Shown piece by piece: positions 1 through 9,402 of a stretch of DNA of 27,300 nucleotides. Each line of letters opens with the position of its first letter. Positions within the stretch are counted from its first letter, which is position 1. The translations under genes and the position numbers were made by a program. The DNA comes from a virus (taxonomy: Duplodnaviria > Caudoviricetes): positions 1 to 27,300 of the IMG/VR virus record IMGVR_UViG_3300020045_008364. The stretch is one strand, 5' to 3'. The notes under the pieces were generated by a model that was not told the origin of the DNA, ran no database searches, and worked only from the letters and a program-made list of their open reading frames with translations.

Positions 1-119
1 ATATACCTACGTTGTGATTGGTCTAATGACTTAACAGCTTCAAGATTTCTCTTGTGCCATTTATCGTAATCCCACATTACATGAAACTCGGTACCGTAAT
101 CAATTACTCTTAAACTCAT
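1..119 (-). CDS. Partial CDS (N-terminus only; runs off the window edge), unknown function
   Basis: ATG at 119 overlaps the TGA of 116..328 (ATGA); frame is open to the edge: MSLRVIDYGTEFHVMWDYDKWHKR... Confidence 0.55.
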   Translation of the reverse strand, partial: MSLRVIDYGTEFHVMWDYDKWHKRNLEAVKSLDQSQRRY

Positions 120-328
120 TCTTCAATAATTATTTTATGTTTTTCAATCCATTCATCTGCTTTTTGTTCCCAGACCTTTTTATTTCTTAGAGAAGCAGAA
201 CCATATTCTTGACTCCAAATTTTTGTATATTCACGTAAACCAGTGAGTATATAAGCTAATTCTTTCAACTCTTTTTTAAGAGCTTCTTCATTATCAGCAT
301 CTATGTGTATGTGAAATTTTTTACTCAT
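116..328 (-). CDS. Hypothetical phage protein (70 aa)
   Basis: ORF overlaps both neighbours within the minus-strand operon. Confidence 0.7.
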   Translation of the reverse strand: MSKKFHIHIDADNEEALKKELKELAYILTGLREYTKIWSQEYGSASLRNKKVWEQKADEWIEKHKIIIEE

Positions 329-2918
329 ATTCTACCTCTTCTTTTGTTTTTATACAGTCAAACAAAGTAGGTGTATTCATTTTATGGTAAGCAGCATTTA
401 CATAAAATACACCATCTTTAAAATAGCTACTATTCAATTCAGTTGATATACTTTTTCTACCCATTTGCATAGCCATGTATGGAGTAGAAAATAAACCACC
501 AAATGGATCATCTACCAATTCCCCTGGCATGGTAAACCAATCAATTAACCTCTTAATAATATCAAGTTGAAGTGGGCAAATGTGTGTTTCTTTCTTACTG
601 CTTACCTGCTTTGTGTTAAGTGTATTCATTCGGTTAACATCGCTCCAAACTGTATCATCATTTGAGTGTAGTGGTAAGGTGGTGTAAAGCCTACTTAACT
701 TACCAGCTTGTTCTAATTCCCTACAAGCCTGTACATGCTGTTCGTAATTATAGCCTTCTTTTAATCTTTCCTTCCACAACTTTTGCAAGTAACTTAAATC
801 ATACTTTTTAATCTCATCAAAAGAAAGTAATCGATTGCCATCGCTCCGGTGGTAGCTACTGGCATTTACTTGATGTGTAGCCAAATCATATTCCTCCTTA
901 TCCTTTGTAACTGGTTCATCTGCATAGGAATTATTGTTATGGCTTGGAGCTTTGCGGAAAATCAAAATATATTCAGGCGAACCTACACCGTTCCTTGTAG
1001 CATCTTTACGCTGCTCTTTCCATGTAAGCCTATTGGTTTGATTGTTCTCGGCAACTACATCTGTAGTTACTGTTATTTTACCAGTTAAGTAAAACCCATG
1101 CTTTATAAAGTGAGCTACAGTTTGACCGCTAAAATCATCAACAGTTGTAAACTTAGTACCGTTTTGATAACTGTACCTAATTCTATCTTTTACATGAATA
1201 GCAGCTATACGACCTGGCTTTAATGTTCTTAAAAGATGTGGTGTTAAGTAATCCATCTGTACAAAAAACTTATCATTACCGTGGTTGTGCCCAAAGTCGT
1301 TGTAATAAGGCGTGTATTCGTAATGATTTGCAAACGGTATTGATGTAATACCTAAGTGAATTGAGTTATCAGGCATTGACATCGTTTCAGGGATCGCGTC
1401 TGTATTAATAGCTGTAAATAATTTGCCTTTTTCTTCAAATCTTTCATTCATAATACTGCGTTTTAGTTTTTCCATTGTATTTGTATTTGACAATCCATTT
1501 TCTTTGATGATTTTAATCATTTCACCAACAAGGTGGTCATGTTGTTTCCATTTTTTTTGCAATGTTTTTAATATCTCCTGTTCTGATTCGGCATATATAA
1601 TGTGAATTTCACATTCAAACTCCTGCTGAAACCTGTAAATTCTATGTATTGCCTGAATAAATGCGTTAAACTCATAACCGATACCTAGAAAAATTGCTTT
1701 ATGGCAGAAATATTGAAAGTTACAACCCTGGCCACTTATTTCTGGCTTTGTTGCCATATATTGTATTTTTCCATCTGCAAAATCAACAATATTACGCTCC
1801 CTGATATCCATGTCTTGAGTTCCAAAGACTTCAACTGAGTTATATTTATTCTTTGGAATTTCTTGCATTATTGCGTGTCGTTCTTTTTCTAAGTCGTGCC
1901 AAATAATGTAATTCGAATCCGGATCTGCATCAATTATTGATTTCATTTCCAGAATTCTTGAATCAAGACTGTCACGTTTTTCCCTTGAAGCATCTTTAAG
2001 TCCTAAAGCTGATTCCCGAAACATTTTAACCTGTCCGTCTTGGTCTAACCCTGCTGTTTTGTGGTCTACTTTTACCTTGTGGTATATTATTTTCAAAGGA
2101 GGTAAGTCGTAACCAGTATCATCATATCTTAAATCAGAAGGCTTTGTAATGAATAATGCCCAGGTTGACATCCACAACCAAAATTCTTTTTCCTTGTGTG
2201 GGTATATTGTAAGATTGTTTGCCTGAGTTGAATCTCTCTTAAAGAACCGTGTTAAAGCTTGTCCGGTGTCCATTATTTCCAAGTATCCGGCATAATGAAT
2301 GAGTTCCTTGTATTTGTTAGGCGAAGGTGTCGCTGTGCAAACAAATTTATATTTTACCCCTTTGAATTTGTCCAAGAATGTTTGATAAGTTTTAGAGCCG
2401 TATGACCTTAAAACTGAGGCTTCATCTAAACTCGTAACTATGAAGTATTTCGGGTTTATATTACCGTCCCTTACGCGTTCGTAATTAGTTATCAAAATAC
2501 TACCGTCGGGAGCACTCTCACATTCTGCCTGAGTTTTAACGTAAATCAAATCAATACCTAATTTACGTTTTGCATCCTTAAAAAATTCTTGACGAACTCC
2601 CAAAGGACAAACAATTAAAGCCTTATATTCCCTATATGGTTGAGGTTCTATTTCAGGATCTAAATCATATGTTTTTTCCTGTTCTAAAATATTTTTACAA
2701 ATTAAAAGTTGTTGAATTGTCTTTCCAAGTCCAAAACTCTCAAATAATGCTCTCCTACCCCCTTTTATAGCCCAATTTATCGCGTCCCTTTGATGAGGCT
2801 TTAAAACAGTACCATCTAAAAATTCAGGTAAACCTACATCAAATATGAATCCTGTCTCAGGAGCTATGCAGACCTTTGATAGTAAAAAATCATTATATTC
2901 TTCTTTTTTTGTACTCAT
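321..2918 (-). CDS. SNF2/SF2-type helicase fused to an N6-adenine/N4-cytosine DNA methyltransferase
   Basis: N-terminal Q motif LKPHQ, GLGKT, LDEAS, TATP and QAIHRIYRFQQ helicase motifs; C-terminal TSIPF (SPPY-like motif IV), HICPLQ and DPFGG (SAM-binding motif I), in beta-class order. Confidence 0.85.
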   Translation of the reverse strand: MSTKKEEYNDFLLSKVCIAPETGFIFDVGLPEFLDGTVLKPHQRDAINWAIKGGRRALFESFGLGKTIQQLLICKNILEQEKTYDLDPEIEPQPYREYKALIVCPLGVRQEFFKDAKRKLGIDLIYVKTQAECESAPDGSILITNYERVRDGNINPKYFIVTSLDEASVLRSYGSKTYQTFLDKFKGVKYKFVCTATPSPNKYKELIHYAGYLEIMDTGQALTRFFKRDSTQANNLTIYPHKEKEFWLWMSTWALFITKPSDLRYDDTGYDLPPLKIIYHKVKVDHKTAGLDQDGQVKMFRESALGLKDASREKRDSLDSRILEMKSIIDADPDSNYIIWHDLEKERHAIMQEIPKNKYNSVEVFGTQDMDIRERNIVDFADGKIQYMATKPEISGQGCNFQYFCHKAIFLGIGYEFNAFIQAIHRIYRFQQEFECEIHIIYAESEQEILKTLQKKWKQHDHLVGEMIKIIKENGLSNTNTMEKLKRSIMNERFEEKGKLFTAINTDAIPETMSMPDNSIHLGITSIPFANHYEYTPYYNDFGHNHGNDKFFVQMDYLTPHLLRTLKPGRIAAIHVKDRIRYSYQNGTKFTTVDDFSGQTVAHFIKHGFYLTGKITVTTDVVAENNQTNRLTWKEQRKDATRNGVGSPEYILIFRKAPSHNNNSYADEPVTKDKEEYDLATHQVNASSYHRSDGNRLLSFDEIKKYDLSYLQKLWKERLKEGYNYEQHVQACRELEQAGKLSRLYTTLPLHSNDDTVWSDVNRMNTLNTKQVSSKKETHICPLQLDIIKRLIDWFTMPGELVDDPFGGLFSTPYMAMQMGRKSISTELNSSYFKDGVFYVNAAYHKMNTPTLFDCIKTKEEVEYE

Positions 2919-3547
2919 CTTTTAATTCTTTGGTTAATTATTCTACTTACTGTTGATGCATGTACTCCAACTTGCAACGCAATTTCTTTTTGTTGCATGC
3001 CTTGCAAATGCAATTCTTTTACTTTTTTAATAAATATTTCTCTCTCTGATGCGTTATTTATTATTTCCATATTTGCATCAATAGGAATCTTAATTGCATT
3101 GCGTTGCAATGTGTTTTGCAATGGCTCTGCAATTTCTTGCTTTTCCTGATTCTCTGGCTTAACATAAAAGTAAAATATAATTGCTAGGAAAAGGTAAAAA
3201 CCATAATAAAACCCGGATATTGCAAGCCAGATATCACCATGCAATGGATAACACAATAACGCAATTCCTATTAGTTCCATGCTTGCAACGCTTATTGCAA
3301 ACTTCCAGAACTTCGTATCATTGCGCTGCAAAATATCCATGATTGCGACAATTGCAATTGCAAAAGTCAAACCGAAAATATAAGGAACATACACTTTTGC
3401 ATCGAAACCGTTTTGCAATACAAAGAGATTTTTAAAGTATTTGTCCGCAAGGAATAAAGGCAATAAGGAGTAGGCAAATGCAGTATGCAATATAAAAAGT
3501 GTGATTGCAATGCAGCTAAGTCCGAAATAATACAAGAATTTCCTCAT
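2915..3547 (-). CDS. Multi-pass membrane protein with C-terminal helix-turn-helix
   Basis: About four hydrophobic segments in aa 1-130; C-terminal GMQQKEIALQVGVHASTVSRII is a typical HTH. Confidence 0.75.
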   Translation of the reverse strand: MRKFLYYFGLSCIAITLFILHTAFAYSLLPLFLADKYFKNLFVLQNGFDAKVYVPYIFGLTFAIAIVAIMDILQRNDTKFWKFAISVASMELIGIALLCYPLHGDIWLAISGFYYGFYLFLAIIFYFYVKPENQEKQEIAEPLQNTLQRNAIKIPIDANMEIINNASEREIFIKKVKELHLQGMQQKEIALQVGVHASTVSRIINQRIKR

Positions 3548-3667
3548 TACTTTCTTATTTTAAGGATATGCAATTCTTCTGTTTTTCCGCGTCTGAATAT
3601 CCTGAATGAATATGATTCAGTTGTTGCAATAATTGTTTTTCCGAAATCAATTGCAGCTTTGTGCAAT
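2955..3667. repeat. Dispersed cluster of the palindrome TGCA/TTGCAA
   Basis: Hand count of about 27 TGCA, 12 of them TTGCAA, in about 710 bp, versus about 3 TGCA in the preceding 700 bp. Confidence 0.75.
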
Positions 3668-3699
3668 TCTGGATAGGTGTCGTATTCGATTGTTGTCAT
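3547..3699 (-). CDS. Small hypothetical protein (50 aa), absent from the ORF track
   Basis: MTTIEYDTYPELHKAAIDFGK...KIRK*; exactly fills the gap, with ATGA and TAATG overlaps. Confidence 0.65.
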   Translation of the reverse strand: MTTIEYDTYPELHKAAIDFGKTIIATTESYSFRIFRRGKTEELHILKIRK

Positions 3700-4427
3700 A
3701 ATTCGTTGTATAAGTTAATTTTCATTCCTTTTTCTGCGATAAATACTTCTTTACCTGTTTCCTCTTGAATTCTGCGCTTAAAAAACTTGCTATCAGAATT
3801 CGAGTCGCTTACATGGATAAGGATAATTTTATTCGTATATCTCAAATCGTTCGCTTTAAACATATCAATAAGCGTTTCTAAGCTCATATGATTCTCTTTA
3901 ATGCGTCTCATTAAACTAATGTCTAATTTGCCATTCATTACCCTATTTTCAAGTAGTTCTTCTGAGTGATTGCATTCGACTATCCAATGATTCACGTTTG
4001 AGAAAGTGAAAGGTGAATAATTTGTATCACTCATAAAAATGATATTTCCGGTGTCTGGATGAGTAATTTGAAACCCCTGGCAAATAACATCATGAACCAA
4101 TAGAAAAGAGTTTATAATGAATTCATGAATCATAAAATTTTTCAAAGGCTCAATTTTTACTGCAAATGGATTCCAAAAATTTAGTTCATCCCAGGTTAAT
4201 TTATGCGAATAGCACTTTATCGCTACTGATGTATAATCAGATATGTACTTTGAGTGATCTTTGTGTGAATGACTCAGCAATAAGCCTTTTACTTTCCTTG
4301 TATGATAATTCATAGCCTTTTTAGCCTCAAGAAAACTAATACCAGCGTCAATAATTAACGCGGTATTAGAATTCTGTAAAATATAAGAATTACCTGATGA
4401 CCCGGTTCCTAATATCGTTAATTCCAT
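3696..4427 (-). CDS. Metallo-beta-lactamase-fold hydrolase (YycJ-like nuclease)
   Basis: GTGSSGN, IDAG, HSHKDH (HxHxDH), HD, SDT, ECNH, later H motifs; this family commonly neighbours phage recT. Confidence 0.9.
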   Translation of the reverse strand: MELTILGTGSSGNSYILQNSNTALIIDAGISFLEAKKAMNYHTRKVKGLLLSHSHKDHSKYISDYTSVAIKCYSHKLTWDELNFWNPFAVKIEPLKNFMIHEFIINSFLLVHDVICQGFQITHPDTGNIIFMSDTNYSPFTFSNVNHWIVECNHSEELLENRVMNGKLDISLMRRIKENHMSLETLIDMFKANDLRYTNKIILIHVSDSNSDSKFFKRRIQEETGKEVFIAEKGMKINLYNEL

Positions 4428-4606
4428 TATTGAATAACTATAATTGCTATTTCTGAAGAATCATCATTTGAATCTCCTGCTTCAGTTATTTCAACTTGAG
4501 AAATCATTCGGTATTCGGAGAACATGCTTTCTGAATCAATCGGAGTGTAAACATAAAAATCCCCTTCGATTTCATTCAATTTACTAATAAGTTCAGATTT
4601 TAACAT
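4427..4606 (-). CDS. Small acidic hypothetical protein (59 aa), absent from the ORF track
   Basis: MLKSELISKLNEIEGDFYV...IVIQ*; fills the gap, TAATG overlap with the MBL gene. Confidence 0.65.
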   Translation of the reverse strand: MLKSELISKLNEIEGDFYVYTPIDSESMFSEYRMISQVEITEAGDSNDDSSEIAIIVIQ

Positions 4607-4610
4607 GATA

Positions 4611-5660
4611 TTAAAAATTTGGCGTTTCTGGTATATCTTTTGTTTCTTCCGCTTTCTTTGTTTTCCCGTTCTCTTTTTTAACAGGTTCAGGCTTTGCGGC
4701 TTCTTTTGTTTCCGGAGCGTTTGATTTTATTTCGTTAGGGGGCAGTTGTTTTGCAGCTTCTTCAAGTGATATTGAATTCTGAGTACTGCTTTGAATCGCT
4801 TCTGGGTTTCTTTTATTTTCCTCAGCTTCAAGTTCGATTAATTTCATGAACCCGTCATCAATTTTTGATGAGTCAATTGTAATTGAATTATAAGCGGCCC
4901 GGTAAATTGTTTTATAACACATCTCTTTGTACCAGCCTTCAACTTTTTCAGTCCCGACTTTCTTTCCATCTTTGTAAACCGGTTTCACTCCTCCCCAAAA
5001 TTCCGGTGATGCGTATTCCGGTTTACGTTTTTCAATTTCTTCTTTTGTAAATATCACTAACCTGTTTTTTTCAGGATGTTCCCTGAATACATGGTAATAA
5101 AAGCCTCCTTTTAATTCCCCCCTATCAAAACTGTCTTTTACTTCAAATTCGTATGATTCAACGTTATTCTTCGTACTTTTTTTAATTTCCCTAAAAGTAT
5201 CGTTTTTGAAAACCAAATCAACAATCACCTGGTCGGGAATATCAAGGCCGTATTTTGTTGCCTTGATCTCAATCCCTCTATAGCCAATAATGAAGGTAAT
5301 GTCGTACTTATTTGTTTTGTTGTTTTTAAAAGGTATTGTATTGATGTGGTTTGGCTGCATAGGGTCTAATCCTACGCGCGCGTATGTTACTACATCATTT
5401 GCCAGTTTTTGCAGGTTGATATTATCCCAGACTATCGGCAAGTCATCCCGTTTTTTTTCATCCTTGCTGAGTCTCTTTACTTCTGAAATCTTTAAGACTG
5501 AATCGATATGGATGAAATAGTTCTGGCAAAGCCTCTTATGAAAGTCTGCCATTTCTGGAGTCTTAATTGCACTGACTCCGAATTCTTTCAAAACCAAATC
5601 AGTAAAACGACTTGAGTAACTTGGTTTTTGTACTGCTAATTCTTTGTTTGTGTTTTCCAT
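4611..5660 (-). CDS. recT: RecT/Redbeta-family ssDNA-annealing recombinase
   Basis: GLDP...IPF...IGYRG, V...D.F, and WYKEMCYKTIYR motifs; charged disordered tail ending PNF; context with SbcC-like ATPase and MBL. Confidence 0.8.
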   Translation of the reverse strand: MENTNKELAVQKPSYSSRFTDLVLKEFGVSAIKTPEMADFHKRLCQNYFIHIDSVLKISEVKRLSKDEKKRDDLPIVWDNINLQKLANDVVTYARVGLDPMQPNHINTIPFKNNKTNKYDITFIIGYRGIEIKATKYGLDIPDQVIVDLVFKNDTFREIKKSTKNNVESYEFEVKDSFDRGELKGGFYYHVFREHPEKNRLVIFTKEEIEKRKPEYASPEFWGGVKPVYKDGKKVGTEKVEGWYKEMCYKTIYRAAYNSITIDSSKIDDGFMKLIELEAEENKRNPEAIQSSTQNSISLEEAAKQLPPNEIKSNAPETKEAAKPEPVKKENGKTKKAEETKDIPETPNF

Positions 5661-5666
5661 GATTGT

Positions 5667-5849
5667 TTAAGATTTATGTTTTAATTCTTGTTTAAGAGCT
5701 TGTAAATTTTCTTCGATGTAAACTCCGACTTCTTTTGTGTACTTCTTTTCATCCCAGAGCCACAACAAATACGCGGCGGGAACATTTACCATCTTTCGGC
5801 CTTTATAAACCCCGAATGTCATTTTGGAGTTGTTGTCTAGTTCAGGCAT
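5667..5849 (-). CDS. Small DUF3820-like protein
   Basis: MTFGVYKG...VPAAYLLWL matches the MPFGKYKG...P..YL.W pattern. Confidence 0.7.
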   Translation of the reverse strand: MPELDNNSKMTFGVYKGRKMVNVPAAYLLWLWDEKKYTKEVGVYIEENLQALKQELKHKS

Positions 5850-6114
5850 TTTCTTGTTTTAAAAGTTCGTCGGCAAAATCATAAGCATTAATTATAAGAG
5901 CTTGTCCAAAAGCAATCTCTTTTTCATTAGCTTCGCGTTCTAATGCTGAAGTCAATATTTCTGAAGATAACAACCCCTGCATCGCAGCGCAAGCAGCATA
6001 AAAGCGTTTTGACATTCCAATAGGTTCGTGACCTCTACCAACAATAGTACTAAACGCCTGCGAATCTACCGGAAACGCTGGTTCCTGTCCTAATTTATTG
6101 CTCATCATGTTCAA
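5842..6114 (-). CDS. Conserved small phage protein
   Basis: PAFP...GMSKRFYAACAAMQGLL...AYDFADELL resembles the widespread GMTLRDYFAAKAMQG phage family. Confidence 0.7.
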   Translation of the reverse strand: MNMMSNKLGQEPAFPVDSQAFSTIVGRGHEPIGMSKRFYAACAAMQGLLSSEILTSALEREANEKEIAFGQALIINAYDFADELLKQENA

Positions 6115-8056
6115 TTTTAAGTGTCATTTGCCCTTCTTTTTTAAATAGCCGTATTACTTGAGTGTTCATCTCAAGTGGGTAAGAGATAGATTCGGCATTA
6201 TCAATGAAACAAGGAGCTTGGATATCAAAATGTTCGCTTAAAACATTAATGATATCTAACCCGGCATTGATTCTACCTGCATAGTTAGCGGAATTGTAAG
6301 GAACTCCATTGATGAGGGTAATGCAGGTTTCTTCTTGCCCTCCGTTCATGAGCTGATTATACATTTTGAATTGCACATACTTAAATTTAGCGTTTATATG
6401 CGATTCTATGAGGCTTATCTTCTTTTCAGTGAATTGCTCGATTGTGAATATTTGACGTTCTAAATCGGCAATTTTCTGCCCTTTGTCGCGTATTTCTGAT
6501 TCTATCTCTGCAATGCGATTATAAGAAGTTGCGATTAGTTCTTCATTTCTGAGTTGATTTTTAAACTCATCGATTTCATCAATCAATCTAAATTTCTTTA
6601 ACAGCAAATCATTATCGCTTTCAGGAGTTACCGCTTCAGGGATGAGACTCTTTTTTTCTTCGAATTGCTTTAACAGTGATTGGTATTCTTGATTCTCAAA
6701 AAGTGTGGTTTCAATTGATTTAGGAATTTGATTACATTTTTCAGTCAATTCTTGTATTTCAGATTCAAGTAATAAAATATTTTCCTTTTGGGAATCAATT
6801 TGGCTATTTAAACCATCGTTCAGCCGTTTTAATGTTGTAATTTTTTCTTTGAAAGATTCGGCTTTCTTTTCAATTTCCTTAATATCTGATACTTTTTGTT
6901 GATTAAAATTGAGCTTTAAGGTATCAATTATTCCTTCGTAATTATCCAGCGTCCTGCTGCATGTCGGGCAGATTGTTTTCGAAGCATCAAGTTTGAACTC
7001 ATTGTCACGAATTTGATACCATTCCGTGCGCAATAGGGCTATTTTTGATTCAATGCTTGATATTTCAATGTTATTTGCTTCCAAGTCTTTTGAATAGTTC
7101 CTGATTCGGTCTTTAACCATTTCAATTGATAATTTCTTAGATTCTATTGATTGCAATTCATTTCTTCCAAGCGAATCGATTTCTGCCTGTAATTTTGCTT
7201 TTAAATCATCAAGTTTATTTTTAAGCAATAACAGTTCTTTCTTTTGCTCCTGGACCTGCTGATTTTTTGCCTCAAATGCTTTCATGTTTGAATTAATCTG
7301 AGATTCGATCTCAAACAACATGCTTTCAGCTCCTTTTTGTTGCTTGCGAATAGAATCAAAGTCGATTTGTTGAGGCATAGATGACTTCTGTTCGTCAATC
7401 CTTGGAGGTAATAATTTGATTTCATCATTCATTTTACGGACCATAACAGATAGGTTTTTTTTCATTTCCTGTATGTCTTTTCCGTTAAATTCCTGGATTA
7501 AAGCCTCAAAATCAGGATTGCCATTAGCTATTTCTATGTCCGATTTTATGGGACAAATATCAAAAAGAATTTTTCTTTTGATAATCCAGTTTTGTGATTC
7601 AAAATAAGTCGGGTCGGTGCAATATCTGAACTTTTCGATGGATGAAATCGAATCAACAAATACATCATAGTTTTTTTTCGGGATTGCTATTCCCTCCATG
7701 TAATAAGTGGTTTCGTGTCCGGTTAATTCTGCTTCAAGTTCACCTTTTTTCTTTGTCCATTTTTCTTTAAAAACTTTCATCATAATTGTTTGTCTGCCAT
7801 TGATTTCAAACCAACCCTCAACTTCAACATCCAGATTGTGAAGAAAATCATTTGTAGTTTTATCAATTGGTTTAATGGCAAAATCTGCTTTATCTTCTGA
7901 GTCTTTGCCGAATAATAGCCAGGTGAATGCATCAAGAATTCTGGTTTTACCGGCTGCATTTTCACCGTAGATTATAGTTTTGTTGCTTAATTGAATTTCA
8001 AGTAGTCCTGAGCCTTTGAAATTCTTTAATCTGAGTTTAGATAAATGAATTTTCAT
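6095..8056 (-). CDS. SbcC/Rad50 (SMC-like) ATPase
   Basis: LKNFKG, Walker A GENAAGKT, long coiled coil with central CPTC zinc hook, Walker B FIDNAE. Confidence 0.9.
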   Translation of the reverse strand: MKIHLSKLRLKNFKGSGLLEIQLSNKTIIYGENAAGKTRILDAFTWLLFGKDSEDKADFAIKPIDKTTNDFLHNLDVEVEGWFEINGRQTIMMKVFKEKWTKKKGELEAELTGHETTYYMEGIAIPKKNYDVFVDSISSIEKFRYCTDPTYFESQNWIIKRKILFDICPIKSDIEIANGNPDFEALIQEFNGKDIQEMKKNLSVMVRKMNDEIKLLPPRIDEQKSSMPQQIDFDSIRKQQKGAESMLFEIESQINSNMKAFEAKNQQVQEQKKELLLLKNKLDDLKAKLQAEIDSLGRNELQSIESKKLSIEMVKDRIRNYSKDLEANNIEISSIESKIALLRTEWYQIRDNEFKLDASKTICPTCSRTLDNYEGIIDTLKLNFNQQKVSDIKEIEKKAESFKEKITTLKRLNDGLNSQIDSQKENILLLESEIQELTEKCNQIPKSIETTLFENQEYQSLLKQFEEKKSLIPEAVTPESDNDLLLKKFRLIDEIDEFKNQLRNEELIATSYNRIAEIESEIRDKGQKIADLERQIFTIEQFTEKKISLIESHINAKFKYVQFKMYNQLMNGGQEETCITLINGVPYNSANYAGRINAGLDIINVLSEHFDIQAPCFIDNAESISYPLEMNTQVIRLFKKEGQMTLKIEHDEQ

Positions 8057-8886
8057 ATTGTAATATTATTTATTGGTGATTGTATTTTGCTTATCAAATT
8101 ATCGCTTAGATGGCAATAAATCATGGTAGTTTTAACGTTATTGTGGCCTGCTATCTTTTGAATGAGGTTTATGTCCGTCCCTTGCTCTACCATGTGCGTG
8201 AATGTGCAATGTCGAATAAGATGCGTATAAACACGTTTTGAAATGCCTGCTTTACTTGCGAGTTGTTTCATTATTTGAAGAACGCTAGTAGTAGAATATT
8301 TCAGGCTAAATTGGCCATTTAAAACATATACTTCTGAATGTTCCTTACGATAATAGTTTTCAAGTAATGGAATTATAGTATCAGGTAAAGCTATCTGCCT
8401 ATCCTTATTACCCTTTGCAGCAATTATATTTATAATTTTACGGCTCCGGTCAATATGAATCCATTTCAAATTTATTAATTCAGAAACACGTAATCCGCAC
8501 GAATAAATGAGTGCTATAATTACTTTATGTTTAATGTTTGAGCAAACATCGAACATCCGCTGTATTTCATCCCGACTAAGAACAATCGGAAGTTTTTTTG
8601 ATTGTTTTGGATATTCAACTTTATTAAGTTTATTCGGTTGGTTACCAATTTTATCGTAAAATAATTTTATCGCAGATAAGTAAGATTTATGTGTATTGGG
8701 TTGTTGGAATTGGGTAAGAAACCGTTTTATTTTATCAGCTGAAATTTCGGAGGGTTTGGTAGCTTCTGATTCAAAATATTGTAAAAATTTACCAATGCAT
8801 GAAACATAATTTTTGATACTTTCCGGAGAATACCGTTTGTATTTCATCCAGTCGGAAAGTTGACGCTGATAGTTTCCGATATTCAT
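8053..8886 (-). CDS. Tyrosine recombinase (XerD/IntI-like), putative cassette integrase
   Basis: N-terminal SAM-like domain (YS..SIKNY), KKLPIVLS, YSCGLRVSE (R), KGNKDR (K), HLIRH, GHNNVKTTMIY (H, Y); all catalytic residues present; lies beside the cassette array. Confidence 0.92.
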   Translation of the reverse strand: MNIGNYQRQLSDWMKYKRYSPESIKNYVSCIGKFLQYFESEATKPSEISADKIKRFLTQFQQPNTHKSYLSAIKLFYDKIGNQPNKLNKVEYPKQSKKLPIVLSRDEIQRMFDVCSNIKHKVIIALIYSCGLRVSELINLKWIHIDRSRKIINIIAAKGNKDRQIALPDTIIPLLENYYRKEHSEVYVLNGQFSLKYSTTSVLQIMKQLASKAGISKRVYTHLIRHCTFTHMVEQGTDINLIQKIAGHNNVKTTMIYCHLSDNLISKIQSPINNITI

Positions 8887-8889
8887 TTT

Positions 8890-8944
8890 TTAATTAGTTA
8901 AATAATAAATAGTTATAAATGTTAAATACATATAATAGTTATAG
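8890..8944 (+). other. attI-like site; predicted crossover G|TT at 8938-8940
   Basis: Non-hairpin AT-rich segment upstream of the integrase; AATAGTTATA repeated at 8908 and 8934, TAGTTA three times; 8938-8952 pairs with the end of cassette 1. Confidence 0.65.
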
Positions 8945-8948
8945 CCAA

Positions 8949-9254
8949 TTAAAAAATCGGGTCAAAGTGAGTTGGTGGTTTATAATTAGCCTTATCTTTT
9001 TTAGGTGGTTGTAATTCGATTGGAAGAAATTCTCCATATTCCTGAATCATTCTGTATTTCAAAATGTGACTACATTCATTCTCAACTTTAAAATCCTTAC
9101 AAAACATATTCCAATGAACTCCACGGCTCAGCCCTTTATTTGCTTTGCTCGCTTTTGTCCAATCTTTTACACCTACTTTTGCTTTCTCCAACATATCAGA
9201 AATTTGAATGTTTGTTATTTTGTGAGAAAGCTCTTTTGCGAATCTATCATTCAT
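8949..9254 (-). CDS. Cassette 1 hypothetical protein (101 aa)
   Basis: Single ORF filling the space between GTTATAGCC (8938) and GGCTATAAC (9281). Confidence 0.75.
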   Translation of the reverse strand: MNDRFAKELSHKITNIQISDMLEKAKVGVKDWTKASKANKGLSRGVHWNMFCKDFKVENECSHILKYRMIQEYGEFLPIELQPPKKDKANYKPPTHFDPIF

Positions 9255-9274
9255 AGTTTTAAAAAATTAACTGG

Positions 9275-9402
9275 CTATAACACAGCATAAAATTAATGCG
9301 GGTATAGTGCCAAATTGTAACTGCTTCCTTTTATCAAGTTTTTAGCGTGGGATAGGTTCGCAGCTTTGAAATCCCACACTAATCTTATGCTCACCGTTAG
9401 CA
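9275..9402 (+). repeat. attC-like site 1 (128 bp)
   Basis: CTATAAC; arm AGCATAAAATTAATGCGGG (9284-9302) pairs with CCCACACTAATCTTATGCT (9373-9391); then CACC-GTTAGCA. Confidence 0.85.

Noticed and set aside
6400-7660. Frequent GATTC/GAATC in the SbcC-like gene
   Set aside because: Largely explicable by Glu-Ser, Asp-Ser and Ile codons in a coiled coil; not tested against a codon-aware null.
8053-8886. Ordinary prophage attP/attB integrase
   Set aside because: It lacks the length and arm-binding domain of lambda-type integrases, sits mid-operon, and directly adjoins the cassette array; no host junction is visible in the window.
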